Assembly (NCBI GenBank): GCA_024275565.1
Contig: JAJRYY010000009.1
Coordinates: 6,756-70,755, forward strand
Direction: 5' to 3'
DNA length: 64,000 bases
DNA from: Planctomycetota bacterium
GTDB lineage: Bacteria; Planctomycetota; Phycisphaerae; UBA1845
This document shows positions 1 through 7,703 of the stretch, piece by piece. Position 1 is the stretch's first letter. Every line of letters begins with the position of its first letter. Below the pieces are notes generated by a model. It ran no database searches. It was not told the DNA's origin and saw nothing but the letters and a program-made list of their open reading frames with translations. The position numbers and the translations under genes are program-made.

Positions 1-301
1 ACGTCGCCCCGAATCGTAACGTGGTGCATGATCGTGCATTCGTCACCGATGACCACATCGCCACCGACATAGGACGTCGGAGCGATGTAGGTGTTTTTAC
101 CGAGCTGTACCCGCCCTTCCATAACGTACCTTTCCGCTGAAATATGATGATACGCGATAAATCGCTCGACCGCGAATGTGCCCCTCCTGTTGCGAAGCAC
201 GCCCTGCGCGGTTAGCCTTCCAGCCGCAGCAAACGATTGAGAGTTCTCCTCGAGTCCATAGCATGGCGACGAACCAATAGCATGACGAATCGCTTCAACG
301 C

Positions 302-2116
302 ATGATAAATCGCTTCCCAAGAGGACGACGGCTTCGCGTGTTGATGCTGCGCATTCTGGCCCGTGGCGGGTTCAAGGAGGAGTACTTCCTCATCACGCTC
401 GCACTGCTCATCGGGGCAGCCACAGGGCTTGGGGCGCACCTCTTTTTCGAACTGATCGAGTATGCAACGCACCTTGCATACGGCGCGAGCGATGGACTGT
501 TCGCCGGGCGACCCTACATGATTGTCGTCATGCCGGTCGTGGCAGCCCTGGCGGTCGGTGCCATGACATACCGCTTCGCCCGTGAGGCCAAGGGGCACGG
601 TGTCCCCGAAGTGATGGACGCGATATATCGCCAGGGTGGCGTTATCCGTGCCCGCGTCGCGATCGTCAAAGCAGTGGCGAGCGCCCTGACCATCGGGTCT
701 GGCGGGTCGGCTGGGACCGAAGGACCGATCGTGCAGATTGGGGCGGCGGTTGGTAGCGGATTTGGACAATTTCTCAATGTCGAGCGCCGCCAGATGGGGA
801 TCCTGGTGGCATGCGGGGTGGCGGGCGGAATCGCAGCCATCTTCAACGCACCGATCGCCGGGGTTCTGTTCGCACTTGAAATATTCCTGAAAGATTTCTC
901 GCTCCGGGCCTTCGCACCGGTCGTATTCGCAAGCGTCATCAGTTGCTCCATCACGCACGCGCTTCGCTTCGGCGGCGGGGATGTCGCCATTTTCCAGGTA
1001 TATCAGGACGCTCAATACAATTTCAGCGGTCTGGAGCTTCCCTATTTCCTCCTCCTCGGCGTTCTCTGTGCGATCGTCGCAGCCGTGTTCATTAAATCAC
1101 TCTACGCTGCCGAGGATCTCGCGGACCGTCTCACAATCCCCGATTACCTGAAACCAGCGATCGGCGCCTTTGGACTTGGTATTCTCGGACTCATCTTTCT
1201 ACTGACAACTGAGCCTGGCAGCCATCAAATGCCTTCGTTTTTTGGGAACGGGTATACACTGATTGAGACAGCCATCTCCCCGAAAGTATTCAACGAGGGC
1301 GTGGGATTACTCCTGCTGCTGCTCGTACTCAAGATATTGGCCACCTGCCTCACGCTCGGCAGCGGCGGATCGGGTGGTATTTTCGCACCTTCGCTGTTCA
1401 TGGGTGCGGTAACTGGCGGAGCGTTCGGACTCATCCTCTACCAGGTCGGACTGATCCCGCAAGACAGCATCACAGCCTACGCACTGGTAGGGATGGCTGC
1501 CGTGCTGGCTGGCACCACGCACGCTCCACTCACCGCCATTGTGATGCTCTACGAAATAACACGCGAACCCAAGGTCATCCTTCCGATCATGTTCGCAGCC
1601 ATCGTGGCTACTACCGTCGCCCAGAATCTCTGCCGCGACAGCATCTACACGTTGAAATTGCGACGCCGAGGTGTTCGCGTCGGGACGCTGGCAGACCTGA
1701 CGATTCTCAAGGGCATCTCAGCCCACCAGGTCGCCACCTCCCCCGCAGTCCTTGTCCACCCCGAAGACCCCCTGCAGAAGCTCATCGACCTTGCGACCGA
1801 AAATGAAACGGGGGATTTTGTCGTGGTCGACCCGGACGGTGCGTTCCAAGGCCTGGTCATCGCAGAGGACATCCGCACCGCCCTGTTGCAACCGGAGGCG
1901 GTCCCGTTGCTGCTGGTGGGCGAGCTGCTCCGTCAGGGGATCCCGATTATCGACCCCGATGAAACTCTCGACAATGTGATGGACGCGTTTGCGAAATCCA
2001 ATGTCCAGTCGCTCCCGGTCGGTATGGACAACAACTCCGACCACGTGAAATGCCTCATCACGCGTCAGGCAGTCATGACCCGATACCACCAGGAATTTGA
2101 AGTGCATTCCGACTGA
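302..2116 (+). CDS. ClC-family voltage-gated chloride channel / Cl-/H+ antiporter with C-terminal CBS domain pair
   Basis: 604-aa ORF with multiple TM helices. Contains ClC selectivity-filter-like motifs GSGGSAGTEGP and GSGGSGGIFAP. The C-terminal ~150 aa look like tandem CBS domains. The stop codon is TGA. Confidence 0.85.
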   Translation: MINRFPRGRRLRVLMLRILARGGFKEEYFLITLALLIGAATGLGAHLFFELIEYATHLAYGASDGLFAGRPYMIVVMPVVAALAVGAMTYRFAREAKGHGVPEVMDAIYRQGGVIRARVAIVKAVASALTIGSGGSAGTEGPIVQIGAAVGSGFGQFLNVERRQMGILVACGVAGGIAAIFNAPIAGVLFALEIFLKDFSLRAFAPVVFASVISCSITHALRFGGGDVAIFQVYQDAQYNFSGLELPYFLLLGVLCAIVAAVFIKSLYAAEDLADRLTIPDYLKPAIGAFGLGILGLIFLLTTEPGSHQMPSFFGNGYTLIETAISPKVFNEGVGLLLLLLVLKILATCLTLGSGGSGGIFAPSLFMGAVTGGAFGLILYQVGLIPQDSITAYALVGMAAVLAGTTHAPLTAIVMLYEITREPKVILPIMFAAIVATTVAQNLCRDSIYTLKLRRRGVRVGTLADLTILKGISAHQVATSPAVLVHPEDPLQKLIDLATENETGDFVVVDPDGAFQGLVIAEDIRTALLQPEAVPLLLVGELLRQGIPIIDPDETLDNVMDAFAKSNVQSLPVGMDNNSDHVKCLITRQAVMTRYHQEFEVHSD

Positions 2117-2245
2117 GAAGTAAAATCCGACTGAGAAGTAAAATCCGACTGAGAAGTACAATCCGACTGTGAAGTGCATTCCGACCGAGAAGCACATTCC
2201 GACTGAAAGTACAATCCGACAGAAAAGTGCAATCTGACCGACTGG
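2093..2245. repeat. 18-bp tandem repeat array (~8 units, consensus CCGACTGAGAAGTAAAAT, progressively degenerate)
   Basis: Direct reading: ccgactgagaagtaaaat x2, then ccgactgagaagtacaat, ccgactgtgaagtgcatt, ccgaccgagaagcacatt and further units. The array begins inside the last codons and stop of the ClC gene. It fills the convergent gap to frr. Confidence 0.8.
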
Positions 2246-2316
2246 AACCCATCCGGCCCGGACGGAGCAAACCGGGATCCGGGCGGAGCAAACACGGGAG
2301 GATGACGCTTCTTCTG

Positions 2317-2880
2317 CTACCCTTCGGAGACATCCTTCGTCTTGGCAGCGATGAGACTATCGATCTCTTTCTCGCAGGAATTGATCACCTTCTGGACAAC
2401 TTCCTTGGCGGTGTCTGCCTCATCTTCGCTGAATGCTCCGCTTTTCTTGTCGGCGTCGATCTTCTTGTTCATATCGCGGCGGATATTGCGGATGGCGATC
2501 TTTTGCGTTTCGCCCATTTTCTTGACCTGAGAGGCGATCTGCTGACGACGTTCACCGGAGAGCGGCGGTATCGGCAGGCGAATAATCTTACCATCCGACA
2601 TCGGGGTGATCCCGACATCTGATGACTGGAGACCACGCTCGATGTCCTTCACAGTCGACGGATCGAAGGGCTTGACCATGATCGTCTGCGGATCGGGGAC
2701 ACTGATGGCTGCCAGTTCCAGCAGTTGCATGGTGCTTCCGTACGATTGCACTTCGATTCGGACATGCTCTACCAGCCCAGGCGTCGCCTGACCGGTGCGG
2801 ACACCCTTAAGCTCGTCCTTCAGATATTCAACCGACTTGGACATGGCAGAACGGCATTCTTTTTCAATGGCAGAGGACAT
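2317..2880 (-). CDS. frr: ribosome recycling factor
   Basis: The 187-aa ORF aligns along its full length with the RRF family (MSSAIEKECRSAMSKSVEYLKDELKGVRTGQATPGLVEHVRIE...). It is the last gene of the conserved rpsB-tsf-pyrH-frr order. Confidence 0.9.
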   Translation of the reverse strand: MSSAIEKECRSAMSKSVEYLKDELKGVRTGQATPGLVEHVRIEVQSYGSTMQLLELAAISVPDPQTIMVKPFDPSTVKDIERGLQSSDVGITPMSDGKIIRLPIPPLSGERRQQIASQVKKMGETQKIAIRNIRRDMNKKIDADKKSGAFSEDEADTAKEVVQKVINSCEKEIDSLIAAKTKDVSEG

Positions 2881-2972
2881 CTATCGCAACCTTTCTACAG
2901 ACCCGCGAAATCCATCATTCCGCGAACCGGACTCCGTATTGTTCCATTTACCGCTGCTGTTCAGGCGAGATG

Positions 2973-3695
2973 CTAACCAGCGTCGACCAGCGTCCCAACC
3001 TCTTCACCCTGTGCAACTGCTCGCATGTTACCCGATTTTTTCAGATTGAAAACGATCACCGGAATACGATTCTGCTGACACATGACCATGGCAGACAGAT
3101 CCATCACCTGCAATCGGGCGTCGATCACCTGATCGTATCCTATGTGCTTGTGCAGAACTGCCTCCGGATCGGTCTCAGGGTCAGCCGTGTACACGCCATC
3201 AACCTTCGTCGCTTTCAACAGCACGTCCGCACCGATTTCCGACGCACGAAGCGCTGCACAACTATCCGTCGTCACGAACGGGTTGCCCGTACCAGCCGCA
3301 AAAATCACCACGCGACCTTTTTCCAGATGGCGGATCGCACGTCGTCGCACGAAGGGTTCGCACACGCGATCGATCGCAATCGCAGACTGAACACGCGTGG
3401 GAATTCCAAGCGATTCCAGAATCTCCTGAAGCGCCATCGCATTGATGACAGTGGCCAACATGCCCATATAATGGGCAGCCACCTCCTCGATTGCGATCCG
3501 CTTCGCAAGATCTCCGCCGCGAATGATGTTACCCCCGCCTATCACCAGACAAAGCTCAACACCCAGGTCCACAACGCCGCGTATTTCCTCGCCAATGCGA
3601 CGAAGCTCGTCGGCATCAATGCCATCTCCACCCGTGGCACAAAGACCTTCACCGCTGATTTTCAACACAATCCGCTTGTATTTCAGCTCAGCCAT
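2973..3695 (-). CDS. pyrH: uridylate (UMP) kinase
   Basis: 240 aa starting MAELKYKRIVLKISGEGL. Carries the amino-acid kinase fold motifs GGGNIIRG and AAGTGNPFVTTDS. The operon position is conserved. Confidence 0.9.
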   Translation of the reverse strand: MAELKYKRIVLKISGEGLCATGGDGIDADELRRIGEEIRGVVDLGVELCLVIGGGNIIRGGDLAKRIAIEEVAAHYMGMLATVINAMALQEILESLGIPTRVQSAIAIDRVCEPFVRRRAIRHLEKGRVVIFAAGTGNPFVTTDSCAALRASEIGADVLLKATKVDGVYTADPETDPEAVLHKHIGYDQVIDARLQVMDLSAMVMCQQNRIPVIVFNLKKSGNMRAVAQGEEVGTLVDAG

Positions 3696-3734
3696 CGCTG
3701 CTCAACCAATCCGTGCAATAGATCCATTCAAATA

Positions 3735-3760
3735 GATAAAAAAAAGGAGCCTTTCGGCTC
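3735..3760 (-). terminator. Rho-independent terminator-like hairpin plus U-tract downstream of tsf
   Basis: The plus strand reads aaaaaaaaGGAGCCtttcGGCTCC. On the minus strand this is a GGAGCC/GGCTCC stem followed by a T8 run, just 3' of the tsf stop. Confidence 0.5.
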
Positions 3761-3778
3761 CCTCTGGTTTCGACTTTA

Positions 3779-4615
3779 TTATCCGATCTTGCAGTAGATC
3801 ATGTGGGTGACCGCATTGACGCCCCCAGCCTTGAGGACGTCTTTGACCTTGGTCTTGGGCACTTTCACATGCTCCTGCTCGATGAGCGCTTTTTCAGCGT
3901 AGAATGCGTTGACCTTGCCCTCAACGATCATCTCGACGATGTTCGGCGGCTTGCCATCACCCTCGGCAATCTCCTTGGACAAAGACCGAACCTTCTCAAC
4001 ATCCTCAGCCGGGATACCATCCGGTGCGATCGCCATCGGGTTCGAAAAGGTCACATGATGACAAAGGTCCGTCCCGATCGAATCATCCGTCGGTGCAGCA
4101 TCCAACCCGACAAGCACACCCGTCTTACAATCGTGATGCACATAAGAACACACATACCCGGTCGTGATCTTCGTACACGCTGTCAGCTTGATATTCTCAC
4201 GAAGCAAACCAAAAACCTCTTCGATCTCACCCTGAAGCGTACGACCAGGATTCGACACAGAGTCCATCGCAAGGACCTCATCCAGCGAAGGAGACGCAGC
4301 ATCACTCAGACAGACGGTCTTGGCGATCGCATCCGCCATCGCGACATACTGATCCGTTTTGGCAACCGGTGCAGTCTCGCATCGAACATCAATAATCGAA
4401 CCCGTCTTTTTATCGTCCGAAATGTGAACAGCCACGGCACCCTCACCCGTCTCATTGCCGGAACGCTTCTCCATCTTGCCCTTATACTTTTTCTGCAAAA
4501 GGACCTTGGCTTCTTCCGCGTCGCCATTGGTCTCGGACAAAGCAGCCTTGCATTCCATCATCGGCAGGCCTGTCTCATCTCGCAGTGCTTTAACTTGTGC
4601 GGCCTTAATCGCCAT
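3779..4615 (-). CDS. tsf: translation elongation factor Ts
   Basis: 278 aa. The N-terminal UBA-like region MAIKAAQVKALRDETGLPMMECKAALSETNGDAEEAKVLL is the typical EF-Ts start. Confidence 0.9.
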   Translation of the reverse strand: MAIKAAQVKALRDETGLPMMECKAALSETNGDAEEAKVLLQKKYKGKMEKRSGNETGEGAVAVHISDDKKTGSIIDVRCETAPVAKTDQYVAMADAIAKTVCLSDAASPSLDEVLAMDSVSNPGRTLQGEIEEVFGLLRENIKLTACTKITTGYVCSYVHHDCKTGVLVGLDAAPTDDSIGTDLCHHVTFSNPMAIAPDGIPAEDVEKVRSLSKEIAEGDGKPPNIVEMIVEGKVNAFYAEKALIEQEHVKVPKTKVKDVLKAGGVNAVTHMIYCKIG

Positions 4616-5039
4616 GTCTTCAAATCTCCGTCAATCAGCGGGTCGCGTGTTCTGCCGCACCCGCTACCCGCATCGATCGCGGGCGTATTATCAGTTCGTG
4701 AATCAGTATCTTGAATACACCGGAAAAATAACAACAATCAATCGCAAAAACCCTGGCAGGAGAGCAACTCGACAGCAACGCGTCAGGGCTCATTCCTCAT
4801 CAGACGACACCCCAGCCACCGCAGCCATGCAGCGCGGGGAGAAACCCCGAAACGCACAGGAGTACATATCACGCACAGGAGAACGGTACTCACAGGAGCA
4901 CAAAACGCACAGCGCCACGAAACTCAGATCGCCGACATGGGGCGAAACCGGAAACACAACGCACATATCGTCTCGATACCCACGCATCCGCAACCGCCTT
5001 CAATCATGCACACCAGCCACCGGCCGGCAGTCAGATCTT

Positions 5040-6005
5040 TCAGCCACCAGCTTCTGGTGTCGCAGTTGCATCCGCAGCAGCCACATCCGTCGCAGTCACA
5101 GTGGCTGTCCCGTCTGATGCACCGCCTGGAGGAGAAGCGTCGACATGGGGCTTACCGGCAGAACCGCCCCCAGCACCATCATCCACACGAGCAGAAGCCC
5201 GCTCAGAACGACGACCAGTCTCCTTCTCAGCAGCAGCTTTCTCTTCAGCAGCGGTGGTCCGAGCACGCATGCCCTCCCGAACCGAAGCAACCATATGCTC
5301 AAGTATGGTCTCAATGGACCGCATCGCATCGTCATTGCCCGGAATCGGAATATCCGCGAAATCAGGATCAGAATCCGTGTCGATCAGGCAAACCGTCGGA
5401 ATGCCCATCGTCCGCGCTTCACGCACGGCGAGGTGCTCGCGCTGCACATCGATCACAACCAGCGCGCCAGGCAACTTCGACATCTCACGGATACCGGAAA
5501 GGTTACGCGCAATCTTGCGACGCTCGCGAGTGTTCCGTGATGCCTGCTTCTTGCCAAACTCACTCGCGCGACCGTCAGCCTCCAACGCCTCAAGCTCTGC
5601 AAGACGAGTCAGACGAGACCGAATCGTGCGGAAATTTGTCAACGTCCCGCCAAGCCAACGCTCCGAAACATAAGGCATGCCAATGCTCGTCGCATGATGC
5701 ACGACCGAATCCCGAGCCTGACGCTTCGTACCCACAAAGAGCACGTCGTCACCACGGGCAACAATCTGAGATATAAATTTCTTCGCGCGCAGAAGACCCT
5801 TCACTGTCTCGCGAATATCAATGATATGAATCAGGTTCCGCTTGGCGAATATATACTGACCCATCTTCGGATTCCAACGGCTTGCACGGTGACCGTAATG
5901 AATCCCGGCGTCAATCAGGCTGCGTACTAAGGGTGATGCCAACCTCGAATCTCCTGTCCTGTCTTTGCCTGCCTGTCCAGACCCTACACATCCACCACGC
6001 GGCAC
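5040..6005 (-). CDS. rpsB: 30S ribosomal protein S2 with ~70-aa Ala/Thr/Gly-rich C-terminal extension
   Basis: The core IDAGIHYGHRASRWNPKMGQYIFAKRNLIHIIDIRETV...WLGGTLTNF matches the S2 family. The true start may lie about 20 codons inside the ORF-track start. The C-terminal tail (5040-5250) is low-complexity. Confidence 0.85.
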   Translation of the reverse strand: MPRGGCVGSGQAGKDRTGDSRLASPLVRSLIDAGIHYGHRASRWNPKMGQYIFAKRNLIHIIDIRETVKGLLRAKKFISQIVARGDDVLFVGTKRQARDSVVHHATSIGMPYVSERWLGGTLTNFRTIRSRLTRLAELEALEADGRASEFGKKQASRNTRERRKIARNLSGIREMSKLPGALVVIDVQREHLAVREARTMGIPTVCLIDTDSDPDFADIPIPGNDDAMRSIETILEHMVASVREGMRARTTAAEEKAAAEKETGRRSERASARVDDGAGGGSAGKPHVDASPPGGASDGTATVTATDVAAADATATPEAGG

Positions 6006-6223
6006 AACCCCTTGATGAATCCCAGGAAATCTCTATCCGCGCGTGAACCATTGTCAATCCAACTCAGTCTCCTGACCCATAAGTACAGCAGTCGGAGAAC
6101 ACGGGACCAATCAAAGTAACAGGAATAAACGCAAAATCAACCCACAACACGAAGAATTCCAACCCATTTTCTACATGCTCCTCCCTTGCCCACGCCCCAC
6201 TCAACCGATTACAACGTCGCACA

Positions 6224-7396
6224 ATGTCCATCCAACATCACCATCAAACTGTCCATTCACCCCGGATTTTCATCTCCGCAGCAGAACCCAGCGGAGACCT
6301 TCACGCCGCTGCACTCATGCGCGAAATCAAAAAACGACGCCCAGACGCGATATTCGTCGGTGTCGCAGGTCCGAAAATGCAGCAGGAAGGCTGCTACCCC
6401 ATCGCTGATTTCACAAAAAACGCCGCCATGCTCACTGGAGCGCTGGGGTCCGTAAAACGAGCAGCCAACCTCCTGGCGGATATCACACACGAATTCGCAC
6501 ACAACGAGTACCACGCAGCCATTCTCATCGATTCACCCATGCTCAACCTCCCCATCGCCCTTCGCGCCAAATCAAGGGCAATCCCAGTCCTGTACTATGT
6601 CGCCCCACAGCTATGGGCGTGGGGCAGATACCGGATCCACAAGGTTAAAGCACGAATTGATCGCCTAGCTGTAATCCTGCCTTTCGAGGAGGAATTCTTC
6701 GCAAGTTATGGATTCGACGTAACTTACGTCGGCCACCCACTCATCGACTCGCTCATCCAGCACCAGATCGACTCCGACAAGGTCGCGAAGCTCAGAGATG
6801 GCGGCAACCCCGTAATCGCCATCCTGCCCGGATCGAGAATGCACGTCGTCCGGCAGGTGTTGCCAGGTCAGCTTGAATTAGCAGCCGCAATCCGGAACAC
6901 ATACCCCAACGCCAGAATCCGGATCAGTGTCGCCAGAGAAGATCTCGAGCCTGTTGTACGAAGCATGGTCCGAAAACATCAAAATCTAAGTACCACTTTA
7001 CATCGGGACGAAAACGCAGAACTGCTCACCGCATCCGACCTCGCTCTGGTCGCCTCCGGGACCGCCACGCTCGAAGTCGCCTATTACAACACCCCGATGA
7101 TTACGATGTACAACGGAGGAAAGCTCTTCTACCACCTCTTCGCACGATGGATGCTCGCCATCAAGCACCTTTCCCTCGTCAATATCCTCGCCGGGCGCGA
7201 AATCATCCCCGAATTCATGCCCTATTACGACTCCACAGCCCCCATCATCCGGACAGCCCTGGACCTGCTCAGCAACGAATCCCGCCGCGCGAGCATGAGA
7301 AGCGAACTCGCAAAAATCATCACCACCATCGAAAAACCGGGGGCATCTGCCCGAACAGCAGAAATGCTCCTCGACATGGTAGATTCAAACCATTGA
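6224..7396 (+). CDS. lpxB: lipid-A-disaccharide synthase
   Basis: 390 aa containing ISAAEPSGDLHAAALMREIKKRRPDAIFVGVAGPKMQ and a GT-B C-terminal half, as expected for the LpxB family. It is divergent from rpsB. Confidence 0.8.
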   Translation: MSIQHHHQTVHSPRIFISAAEPSGDLHAAALMREIKKRRPDAIFVGVAGPKMQQEGCYPIADFTKNAAMLTGALGSVKRAANLLADITHEFAHNEYHAAILIDSPMLNLPIALRAKSRAIPVLYYVAPQLWAWGRYRIHKVKARIDRLAVILPFEEEFFASYGFDVTYVGHPLIDSLIQHQIDSDKVAKLRDGGNPVIAILPGSRMHVVRQVLPGQLELAAAIRNTYPNARIRISVAREDLEPVVRSMVRKHQNLSTTLHRDENAELLTASDLALVASGTATLEVAYYNTPMITMYNGGKLFYHLFARWMLAIKHLSLVNILAGREIIPEFMPYYDSTAPIIRTALDLLSNESRRASMRSELAKIITTIEKPGASARTAEMLLDMVDSNH

Positions 7397-7703
7397 CGTC
7401 AATCCGTTTGAACCTCGCAAGCCCCTCAGAGATCCCTTCAGTGTGCTTCCAGTGAACCGCCAAAATATGAAGCATCGCTGCAATTCTCTGTTGCGATAGC
7501 ATCCGGTAGCTTGATATTGTCGATGAAGAAAGCGGAGGCAAGCGATGATGGAATTAAATTGTCTCTTTACAAAATAGTGTCCTAAGCGTTGGAAACTGAA
7601 TGGCGTGGTCGTTATCATGGTTTCGACAGACCCGGCCAAAATGTGATTCGGCTGGGTCCAAGTACATTGGTCTTCTTACTTATATTGATATGGGGAAAAG
7701 AAC

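Noticed and set aside
2093-2245. Possible CRISPR array (regular 18-bp repeats); the same question applies to 20780-20870, 51645-51730 and 52528-52610
   Set aside because: The units are directly adjacent with no unique spacers. Repeats of 15-24 bp are too short and degenerate progressively, and there are no cas genes. These are simple tandem repeats.
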